IMG/VR virus record: IMGVR_UViG_3300045988_079407
Length of the DNA: 32,423 nt
Source of the DNA: a virus
Lineage: Duplodnaviria; Heunggongvirae; Uroviricota; Caudoviricetes
Direction: 5' to 3' (one strand)
Under the pieces are notes generated by a model. It was not told where the DNA came from. It ran no database searches and saw nothing but the letters and a program-made list of their open reading frames with translations. Below are positions 21,037-28,005 of this stretch, one piece after another. The position numbers were made by a program, and so were the translations under genes. Each line of letters begins with the position of its first letter. The stretch's first letter is position 1.

Positions 21037-21538
21037 CCGCCCCCCTGATATTCCAGATTGCCATTTCCACTTCGCGACGGTTCATCAGTCCTTTCCATTT
21101 ATGGCCTGCGGCAAACACCCAGCGGGCCATCTGGTCACGCGCTCCGGCGTAATCACCGGCATTGAGTTTTTTCAGCAGCGTTGATTTACTGAATGCGGTA
21201 ACACCGGTGTTGAAAATAAACGTTGCCAGCGCCGTTTTCTGATATGGCGTCAGCGGCACCCTGACAAGACGATCGATTGCCGCATAAACCGGTTTTAAAT
21301 CACTGTCGAGGAGAGCCATACACTCCGCATGGCTGTAACGGCGCATTTCGATATCCGGCCCGGTATGTCCCACACAGACCGTAAGCACACCGGCAATATC
21401 GCGGTAAGGCATATAAGCGATATTTTCCAGGTGGATCAGAGACTGACGGGTCATTTCCTGATAACCACCCACACCGCCACCGGCAATCGTTGCCGCCAGC
21501 AGTGCGGCTTTCAGTTTTTTTGGTATCCCCGCCATCAT
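21020..21538 (-). CDS. lys: SAR endolysin (lysozyme-like, 172 aa)
   Basis: N-terminal signal-anchor-release-like segment KLKAALLAATIAGGGVGGY followed by a lysozyme-like domain; first gene after C, as in Mu. Confidence 0.8.
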   Translation of the reverse strand: MMAGIPKKLKAALLAATIAGGGVGGYQEMTRQSLIHLENIAYMPYRDIAGVLTVCVGHTGPDIEMRRYSHAECMALLDSDLKPVYAAIDRLVRVPLTPYQKTALATFIFNTGVTAFSKSTLLKKLNAGDYAGARDQMARWVFAAGHKWKGLMNRREVEMAIWNIRGADDLRQ

Positions 21539-21609
21539 GCTTCCCTGAAAAAATGCTCTGATGGCAGTCTAAAAAATCAGATGGCAGGTGCGGGATTATG
21601 GTGACAGGA

Positions 21610-21634
21610 AATAACCGGCAGGATGCCGGTTATT
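21610..21634 (-). terminator. Hairpin (11-bp perfect stem, 3-nt loop) overlapping the C stop codon; candidate terminator of the middle transcript
   Basis: aataaccggca-gga-tgccggttatt; the C stop (21630..21632) lies inside the 3' arm. It lies upstream of the expected C-dependent lys promoter at 21539..21629. Confidence 0.5.
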
Positions 21635-22052
21635 TCTGGCTTTCAGGTGAGAACAGATCAGGCTGATGACGTCGTGTATGCAGCTTTCTCTGGCTGGCAA
21701 TAATCTGGTAGATCTGCGGCTGGGACAGGCGATACTGGCGACGCAGTTCTTCCATGTTACGACCATTGAACTGGCAGTAAAGCAAATCGTCGCGTAACGC
21801 GGTCAGGATCGTATCGCCGCAGGGGATGTAAAACTGCCGTCCACCCAGAAAACAGGACAGGGCAACGGCCTGTTTACGGGCAAGCTCACGGGGATTGCTG
21901 ACGTTCTGGCGTTTCAGTTCGTTTTCCAGAACATCAATCAGATCAACCACCGAACGGGGCCAGCGTGATTCCAGTTCCGGGGCCGGGATGTTATCAATAT
22001 GTCCGATTAACTGGCGAATTGCCGGATCGTGTTCAAATAAATCATGCTGCAT
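21630..22052 (-). CDS. C: Late transcription activator C (140 aa)
   Basis: 140 aa; Mor/C family with a C-terminal HTH-like region (RRQYRLSQPQIYQIIA); located just before lys. Confidence 0.85.
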   Translation of the reverse strand: MQHDLFEHDPAIRQLIGHIDNIPAPELESRWPRSVVDLIDVLENELKRQNVSNPRELARKQAVALSCFLGGRQFYIPCGDTILTALRDDLLYCQFNGRNMEELRRQYRLSQPQIYQIIASQRKLHTRRHQPDLFSPESQK

Positions 22053-22164
22053 ATTTTCCCCCGGTTAACAGACAGAAAGATACACCACTGCACTGATGGT
22101 TATCAGAACCACAGGGGCAATCACTTTTATCGCACTAATCAGCGTGGACGGCCCGAAACATTCA

Positions 22165-22395
22165 TCACTGAATTTTCTGTACATGGTATTTTTCTCTGTA
22201 GCGCCGGCAATGGTGGATAATTTCTGGCATATCAACGGACTGCCAGCCTTTCATGTAATAACTTCCGTGGGTGCCATCGTGCCCTGTGTAATCCATTGGC
22301 TTTGGTGGCGGGCCTCCGGCCTCCCGATGTAATACCTCCTGTCGTAAACGTTCACGCCTGCCGAACTGAAAGGACGCATCCCACCCTTTACCCAT
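22165..22395 (-). CDS. Hypothetical protein (76 aa from the ATG at 22395)
   Basis: The ATG overlaps the GH108 stop; weak call because its 3' end overlaps the 39-aa ORF at 22065..22184 by 20 nt. Confidence 0.3.
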   Translation of the reverse strand: MGKGWDASFQFGRRERLRQEVLHREAGGPPPKPMDYTGHDGTHGSYYMKGWQSVDMPEIIHHCRRYREKYHVQKIQ

Positions 22396-22948
22396 GCAGA
22401 ACCTCCCGACAGGCGCTGGCGAGCAGATCCAGACGGTTAAACCAGCCATTCAGATATTTCCCCTGCGAGGCACTGGATTTGATAATCCCTGCGTAATAGC
22501 GGGAACGACGCAGGAAGCACTGCAACAGCAGCCAGTCAGTATCGGCACGCAGAACGGCTGCGCGTGTGTTTTTACCGACGATGCCATCATCATCAACACC
22601 TGCTGCCGCCTGGAGGATCTGAATCGCGCGTTTAACACCGTGCTGAACGGCAGCATCAAAAACGAATAAGGAAACGCCATCAGGCCATTCGTTACACTTT
22701 GCCGCCAGCCAGTAATCACGCCAGTAGATCTGCGCCGCCTGCTCGCGGGTTAAATCCTTAATGCGGGTATCAGGTTTTCCGTCACCGTTAACATCGGTTT
22801 TGCCATCAATAACACCGTCGCGACGGTCAGAAATACCGTATTTCGTTTCGCCGCCACGGTCGGCAGGATCATTAACATAGCCACCTTCAACATCAGGGCG
22901 TATAACGAAATTCAGCGAATGAAGGAATGCAGGGGAAAACTCAGGCAT
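22388..22948 (-). CDS. Glycoside hydrolase family 108-like muramidase with C-terminal peptidoglycan-binding domain (186 aa)
   Basis: N-terminal signature VEGGYVNDPADRGGETKYGIS (EGGY ... D.GG.T.YGI), followed by a region resembling PG_binding_3; AGGAGGG Shine-Dalgarno upstream. Confidence 0.75.
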   Translation of the reverse strand: MPEFSPAFLHSLNFVIRPDVEGGYVNDPADRGGETKYGISDRRDGVIDGKTDVNGDGKPDTRIKDLTREQAAQIYWRDYWLAAKCNEWPDGVSLFVFDAAVQHGVKRAIQILQAAAGVDDDGIVGKNTRAAVLRADTDWLLLQCFLRRSRYYAGIIKSSASQGKYLNGWFNRLDLLASACREVLHG

Positions 22949-23000
22949 GTTGCCCTCCTGTCATGAACGTTTTATCGTCACAACAGAATATTGAGGGCGT

Positions 23001-23030
23001 AAAAAAAGCCGGATTAACCGGCTTTACTGT
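23001..23030 (-). terminator. Intrinsic terminator right after mor (early transcript terminator, t9.2-like)
   Basis: 8-bp stem aaagccgg / ccggcttt with loop attaa; on the minus strand it is followed by a run of seven U. It lies about 9.3 kb from the left end. Confidence 0.65.
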
Positions 23031-23420
23031 TTAAAACAAAGGGGGGGAATACTGACGATACTTTATACGCCGCATTCGTCGGATGGCTTTATAGACTGTG
23101 TTAAATGTCACACCATGACGGATTGCCAGTTCGTGAACATTGCGACCGTTGAAATCATTCCAGATACGCAAATCCCGAATCAGCGAATCCAGAACCTGAC
23201 CGCGTGGAATGTAGACCTGACCGCCGCCCAGATGCTTACAGATAGCCACAACAATCTCCAGTGAATGGGCCGGATCAACACCTAACCGGGACAATTCCCC
23301 GCGCAGTAAATCGTTCAGCTCCGCCAGCAGTGCCGGAAAGCGTGACGCATCCTCTGCGGGATTGTCAAGATGTGCCAGGATGGTGTCATCCTGCAAATCA
23401 CCAAATAAATCTTCCGTCAT
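23031..23420 (-). CDS. mor: Middle operon regulator Mor (129 aa)
   Basis: 129 aa, Mor/C family; last gene of the early operon, just upstream of the terminator. Confidence 0.85.
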   Translation of the reverse strand: MTEDLFGDLQDDTILAHLDNPAEDASRFPALLAELNDLLRGELSRLGVDPAHSLEIVVAICKHLGGGQVYIPRGQVLDSLIRDLRIWNDFNGRNVHELAIRHGVTFNTVYKAIRRMRRIKYRQYSPPLF

Positions 23421-23968
23421 TGTGCCATCCTCCGTGTCTTTCTGGCATGGGCATAAGCCGCCGTCATGGCATCATAGCCGCGCAGTTCACGACCGGACGG
23501 ACTGACCGGCAATGGAAGCCCGTGACGGGAAAAGGCTTCACGAATACAGCGGATGTGCCACTGCTTGAGTGTTTCGAGGACTGTCAGCAGCGTGTCGCCA
23601 TGACACCACGCCAGTGTGGAAACGCCCTGTCCGCCGTTGCGTTTCGCGGTCAGGCGCTGAACATATTTATCCAGCGCCACATCACCGCCATCGGTAATAA
23701 AACCGTCTTCTGCCATCTGCTGCCAGATTTTATACACCTTCTCGCGGGGTGTGACATGTTCCTTAAAGCGGCGACGGGGGTATTTATTCAGCTTCTTAAA
23801 GCCGCGTTCTTTCATGGCATCGAGCACCTGTTCCAGTTGCGTAACCGTAAGCTCGCGGCAACTGATTTTGCCCGTTTTCTGCATCAGAAAAGCGCGGTAA
23901 GTGTCGTCGTCGAGTTGTAGCTCCCGACGGGCGACATGGATTAATTTAATCAGGGATGTGCGACTCAT
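23417..23968 (-). CDS. gemA: GemA-like protein (Mu gp16-like, 183 aa)
   Basis: ATG at 23968 (MSRTSLIKLIHVARREL) with a GGAGG Shine-Dalgarno 7 nt upstream; overlaps the mor start by 4 nt. The 264-aa track ORF is an upstream extension. Confidence 0.75.
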   Translation of the reverse strand: MSRTSLIKLIHVARRELQLDDDTYRAFLMQKTGKISCRELTVTQLEQVLDAMKERGFKKLNKYPRRRFKEHVTPREKVYKIWQQMAEDGFITDGGDVALDKYVQRLTAKRNGGQGVSTLAWCHGDTLLTVLETLKQWHIRCIREAFSRHGLPLPVSPSGRELRGYDAMTAAYAHARKTRRMAQ

Positions 23969-24037
23969 GATCGTACCTCCGGAAAGAGGCGGTGCTGCAA
24001 CACCGCCATATTCAGTAATAACATAAAAGGAAATATT

Positions 24038-24397
24038 ATGGCTGAACAAGAACAACATACAGTGTCGGATGATGAACAAAACCCAGATTTCGAAACAAAC
24101 CAGAAAGACACCCCTGTTAATAACCAGGATAAATTCTTTGGTATAACCGGTTTTATGCTGGTCGGTAATCTGATGATTAAGCTGATTGAAAACGGTGTTA
24201 TCAACATGCACGATGCTTATGACATCATCAGAAATACACAGGCCAGCTATAAGAACCGAAAAACGTTCGAAGAACTGGATTTTGAGGCCGATGAGTATGT
24301 TGATCTGCTGCTCAATAAGCTCTGGGCTTCAAGGCAGGATATTGTTAATGCCGGGAACCTCTCATCAGAGCACACAGATACTGACGCTGTGGAATAA
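24038..24397 (+). CDS. Hypothetical acidic protein (119 aa), opposite strand to the early operon; candidate moron
   Basis: ATG at 24038 with AAAGGA 7-8 nt upstream; strongly acidic with one hydrophobic stretch (FFGITGFMLVGNLMIKLI); about 40% G+C by hand count over the first 60 nt. The only plus-strand ORF here that does not overlap a confident minus-strand gene over most of its length. Confidence 0.5.
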   Translation: MAEQEQHTVSDDEQNPDFETNQKDTPVNNQDKFFGITGFMLVGNLMIKLIENGVINMHDAYDIIRNTQASYKNRKTFEELDFEADEYVDLLLNKLWASRQDIVNAGNLSSEHTDTDAVE

Positions 24398-24635
24398 CCG
24401 CTGAATCATCAACGCCAAGCTCACGACAAACAATATTGTTGTGGGCTTTTTTGTTATGCAACAAAACTTCGTCGCGTATGAGATGAATTTCCCGTGTCAT
24501 AATTTCAAGGGCCTCTCTCGCAGAAAAGCCTTTACTGATTGCAGTCTCAATAACATCGCGCATACGCTCAAGCATCTTAGCTTTCACCAGTTCTTCATCC
24601 AGGTCTTTAGGCGTAAATTTAGTTTCATTATTCAT
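24345..24635 (-). CDS. Hypothetical early protein (96 aa from the ATG at 24635)
   Basis: ATG (MNNETKF) with an AAGGTG Shine-Dalgarno; the upstream stop sits 2 nt away; helical charged protein. Its 3' end overlaps the plus-strand ORF by 53 nt. Confidence 0.5.
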   Translation of the reverse strand: MNNETKFTPKDLDEELVKAKMLERMRDVIETAISKGFSAREALEIMTREIHLIRDEVLLHNKKAHNNIVCRELGVDDSAVIPQRQYLCALMRGSRH

Positions 24636-24636
24636 A

Positions 24637-24819
24637 TTATTCACCTTCACAATTCATGCACGCCGTGTCATCGCCCATATCGCAGTGGTTGCATTTCTGC
24701 CCGCCACAATGAGGGCACTCTTTCAGATATTCAGGGGATTCATTACCGCAGGTCGGGCATTCCTGTTTCACCGTGGTAAATTTCCCCAGCCACGAATACG
24801 ATGTTTCATTGTTTTCCAT
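24637..24819 (-). CDS. Small zinc-ribbon protein (60 aa)
   Basis: CPTC ... CPHC ... CNHC ... CMNC, eight Cys in 60 aa; start overlaps the upstream gene. Confidence 0.5.
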   Translation of the reverse strand: MENNETSYSWLGKFTTVKQECPTCGNESPEYLKECPHCGGQKCNHCDMGDDTACMNCEGE

Positions 24820-25336
24820 TGTTTACCTCCGCCTGTTTTTGCGCCCGGATAAATTCGTCAGAAAGGATTTCAGTCATGCGGCCTTGCGCGGGTGTCATCC
24901 CCGTCATGACGTAAATCACATCACCAACACGGAACCACTGGAGCGGCCCGAATATTGTTGCGCTGAAATCCAGTCCCAGTGCGGGTAAAAGAGCGTCTGT
25001 GCGGGCGTAAGTGACCGGAATATTCTCCTGCCATATTTTCGCCAGCTCTCTTGCCTGCTCCCTGAGATGAGCAGGTATTCGCGAAGTTCTGGGCCTGCAA
25101 CTGTTACCTGATGCGGGCCGTTGTACGGTCCACAGCTCCCGCGAGAAGGGGCGCTCATTCCCCGGAAAATTCACGCCATGAAAATGACGCCCACCAATAC
25201 CTGTGCTGAATACTGACCGGCAACCACAACCCAGAACCTTATCAAGATGGCGGGCTTCTTCGCGTAGTTTCAGACAGTTCGCCATAAACTGGTCCCACGC
25301 CAGCAGTGCTGCGGGATTTGACGTTTTAAAAAACAT
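24806..25336 (-). CDS. Hypothetical early protein (176 aa from the ATG at 25336)
   Basis: The internal ATG (MFFKTSNPAALL) coincides with the stop of the upstream gene; the track's 189-aa form overlaps that gene by 40 nt. Confidence 0.55.
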   Translation of the reverse strand: MFFKTSNPAALLAWDQFMANCLKLREEARHLDKVLGCGCRSVFSTGIGGRHFHGVNFPGNERPFSRELWTVQRPASGNSCRPRTSRIPAHLREQARELAKIWQENIPVTYARTDALLPALGLDFSATIFGPLQWFRVGDVIYVMTGMTPAQGRMTEILSDEFIRAQKQAEVNNGKQ

Positions 25337-25866
25337 CACGCCACCTCCTGCACCGCTGCGGGAGCCGGAGAACAATCAAGAATGAGATAACGCAGTACAT
25401 GGTCGGTGATATTCCAGGCGCTTGAACTGCAAATAAAACGCCCCAGCCGGATATCGATATAAGCCATCACAAAACGGGGCATTCCCTGTTCGCACATTCT
25501 GTTATCCACCTCAGCAACAATGTGGACTGACTCACAGGTCAGCACGCCCGTCGCAAACTCTTTTGCCAGCGCGGGGATGGTATTACCTTCCACCCAGGGT
25601 AATGAGCGACGCCAGTTACACCACACCGCATCATCAACAGCAGGCTGCTCAGTTGCGTTTCGTCTTACAGGCGGCGTCGGACGCGGGCGCGGAACGTCAT
25701 AAAATCCGTTGCATTCGGTGAGCACTCCGGCATCAACCGCATCACGCAGGAAATACACCATTGACGAGGGCAGCATATTCATTTTTTCAGCCAGAACCCC
25801 GCAGGTCAGGCGTCCGTAAGCCCGTAATAATGCGCTGACACCATTCAGAATTTTTGCATCAACCAT
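25336..25866 (-). CDS. Hypothetical early protein with a winged-helix-like N-terminus (176 aa)
   Basis: ORF in the track; first gene after the AT-rich gap that follows gam. Confidence 0.55.
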   Translation of the reverse strand: MVDAKILNGVSALLRAYGRLTCGVLAEKMNMLPSSMVYFLRDAVDAGVLTECNGFYDVPRPRPTPPVRRNATEQPAVDDAVWCNWRRSLPWVEGNTIPALAKEFATGVLTCESVHIVAEVDNRMCEQGMPRFVMAYIDIRLGRFICSSSAWNITDHVLRYLILDCSPAPAAVQEVA

Positions 25867-25964
25867 GTTTTATTCCTCAGTAATCTGTTTCAGGCGCGAG
25901 CAATCCCCTGACGCATCGCGCCATAATTAAAAGAATGTGAATTAATTAAATATTAATGGTGGTA

Positions 25965-26489
25965 TTAAATACCGGCTTCCTGTTCAAACGGAATAATGGA
26001 AAAATCTTCAATTCCCGATTTAACCGTAATTCCGGCAACACCTGCGACGGCTTTTGGTTCCAGTAAAATCGCCTCCTTGTTGATTTCCTGCTTCGTGCGA
26101 ATAAAGCGTTGCAGGCCAAGACGCTCCAGCGTTTCCATCACTGCATCCATACCACGAATACTTACTGATGGTGGACGGACCCGCCACGATACATCACCGG
26201 TGACAAGATTCGCCGTCTTCACTTTGCCGCCGCTCGTCAGTTCGTCGCGGTTCGCTTCACACCATCCCTGAACGCCTTTTGAAAGGGTTTCAATATCGGT
26301 TTTAATCGGTGCAATCCGGGCCGCAAATTTCTCCGTAATTTCCGCGATGGCATCATTCATTTCCGTTTCCAGACGTGATGCTTCGCGCTGTAAATCCCCG
26401 ATGCGTTTAATATCGGTAATCACCGCATCGCGGTTTTGTGGCACATAAGCCGCTGCGGCGCTTTTGATACGTTTTGCTGGTTTAGCCAT
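25965..26489 (-). CDS. gam: Host-nuclease inhibitor Gam (174 aa, DNA end-binding)
   Basis: 174 aa with a coiled-coil N-terminal half (GDLQREASRLETEMNDAIAEITEKF); size and position match Mu Gam. Confidence 0.85.
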   Translation of the reverse strand: MAKPAKRIKSAAAAYVPQNRDAVITDIKRIGDLQREASRLETEMNDAIAEITEKFAARIAPIKTDIETLSKGVQGWCEANRDELTSGGKVKTANLVTGDVSWRVRPPSVSIRGMDAVMETLERLGLQRFIRTKQEINKEAILLEPKAVAGVAGITVKSGIEDFSIIPFEQEAGI

Positions 26490-26508
26490 AAATTAAAGCT
26501 CCTGTTAA

Positions 26509-26808
26509 TTAATATCCGCTGTATACAATGCTGGATACAGCTCGATTGCTTAATTCCATCTTTCGGGCAATGACATGAATATCCAGTCCTTCTTTATAAA
26601 GTTCACGACATAAATATTTGTCGTGTTCACTGATTCGGTATACACACAATGATATTCCGTGCCTTCTGGCATGTGCCCGGAGGGCGGTTGTGGCGACTTT
26701 CAGTTTTTCCGCCATTTCTTCAACGGTCATTTTCCCGACGTTGGCTTCGATAAATTCCCGGTCTTCGCGTGACCAGCGCTTACGATTACACTTCATGTCA
26801 GCCACCAT
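26509..26808 (-). CDS. Small DNA-binding protein with two HTH-like motifs (99 aa)
   Basis: MTVEEMAEKLKVATTALRAHARRHG and LDIHVIARKMELSNRAVSSIVY resemble helix-turn-helix segments; start abuts the upstream stop. Confidence 0.5.
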   Translation of the reverse strand: MVADMKCNRKRWSREDREFIEANVGKMTVEEMAEKLKVATTALRAHARRHGISLCVYRISEHDKYLCRELYKEGLDIHVIARKMELSNRAVSSIVYSGY

Positions 26809-27228
26809 TCAGTACAGCAGAGGCTCGCGCAGTGATGCCGGAATATGCCGCAGCGATAACTGAACCGCTTTCAGGGCAAGCGAGGAATAACAGCAGCGCG
26901 CCCAGCCTTTTGCCATTAACCGGTAATCGCGCCAGATACGCTGCCACATTTCACGGGCTTCAGGGTCTGATGCGCAGATGTATTCCCGGTCCATGACGTA
27001 CTCCCATAAATCCACGTTGAACGCACCGCCAAATGCAATGGCGTGGGATATGCTTTCGCCGCAATAACGTGCACAGATGCTGTAATGGTCGAAAGCAATC
27101 AGGTAAGTCTTTTCACCACAATCATCAACTTTCCGGGCGCAAATAAACTCGCGTAATTCACCACCGTTGTTATTGCGTTCCTGAATTCGGATTAATGCCT
27201 GAATTTCATTTCGGATTTTGACGTTCAT
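26809..27228 (-). CDS. Hypothetical early protein (139 aa, Cys-rich)
   Basis: ORF in the track in the semi-essential region. Confidence 0.5.
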   Translation of the reverse strand: MNVKIRNEIQALIRIQERNNNGGELREFICARKVDDCGEKTYLIAFDHYSICARYCGESISHAIAFGGAFNVDLWEYVMDREYICASDPEAREMWQRIWRDYRLMAKGWARCCYSSLALKAVQLSLRHIPASLREPLLY

Positions 27229-27248
27229 TGTCAGCGTTCCTTTGCGAA

Positions 27249-27518
27249 TTAATGTTTAACCGCATTCACCGGATGTGGTACTAAATCACATTCAGCCTCC
27301 ATACCCACTTTCTTCATAGTGGTCAGCATCTCATCTTTGGCCTTTTTAATAATTTCAGGAGCCATAGTCAGGACGATATTTGCCAGTAAATCATGAGGTC
27401 CGGTATTTTCCGTTGGCGAGATATCTGCAAGACATGCTTTTGCATCCAGAACTTCTCTGCGCCCATTGCAACCTTCACTACTTTCCAGCCATGTAAACTC
27501 AAAGATAACTTTTGCCAT
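27249..27518 (-). CDS. Hypothetical early protein (89 aa)
   Basis: ORF in the track in the semi-essential region. Confidence 0.45.
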   Translation of the reverse strand: MAKVIFEFTWLESSEGCNGRREVLDAKACLADISPTENTGPHDLLANIVLTMAPEIIKKAKDEMLTTMKKVGMEAECDLVPHPVNAVKH

Positions 27519-27529
27519 TTTGCGTCTCC

Positions 27530-27760
27530 TTATTGATTCTGAATAACTGCGCTGGCTTTTACCTTCGCGCCTTTTACCTGCTTAAAGAAAACCGCGCTGC
27601 ACCACGGACAACATGCAAAGGAGTCCCATACTTCATTTTCTGGTGAGCATTGCGTCATAATTTGCTCTTTGCATTTGGGGCAATTAAATGCAGTCAAAGC
27701 CACATTGTTATTCTGTACCCGTTTAACCCATTCAATATATTTTTCAGCTTTAGTACACAT
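27530..27760 (-). CDS. Small zinc-finger protein (about 76 aa from the ATG at 27760)
   Basis: CPKC ... CCPWC; the internal ATG follows the kil-like stop by 2 nt. Confidence 0.45.
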   Translation of the reverse strand: MCTKAEKYIEWVKRVQNNNVALTAFNCPKCKEQIMTQCSPENEVWDSFACCPWCSAVFFKQVKGAKVKASAVIQNQ

Positions 27761-27762
27761 CG

Positions 27763-27990
27763 TTATCTCCAGATAATCTGGCAACCATTAAGACGGGCCG
27801 TCCATACAGAACGGGCCACCCCGGACTTATGCTCCATAATTCTGACCGCGTTTTTTACCAGTTCCACCGGTGGGTAAGTGATTTCAAGAATCGGACGCGC
27901 CACGCCGAGATATGATTCATTTACATGACTCCCGCGCGCCTGTAACCAGTTCTGCGCATCCGTTGCCATTTTTATATTTCGGGCCATCAT
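27763..27990 (-). CDS. Kil-like small protein (75 aa), first gene after B
   Basis: 75 aa in the position where Mu encodes kil; assigned by position only. Confidence 0.45.
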
Positions 27991-28005
27991 AATTTCTTCT
28001 CCTTC

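Noticed and set aside
22096-22332. 78-aa hydrophobic plus-strand ORF
   Set aside because: Antisense to the minus-strand middle-operon ORFs (39-aa and 76-aa) and without a ribosome-binding site; its hydrophobicity probably mirrors the transmembrane peptide encoded on the other strand.
23417-24211. 264-aa form of the gemA ORF
   Set aside because: The N-terminal extension is hydrophobic low-complexity sequence antisense to the plus-strand ORF region; the ATG at 23968 has a GGAGG ribosome-binding site and gives a gemA-sized product.
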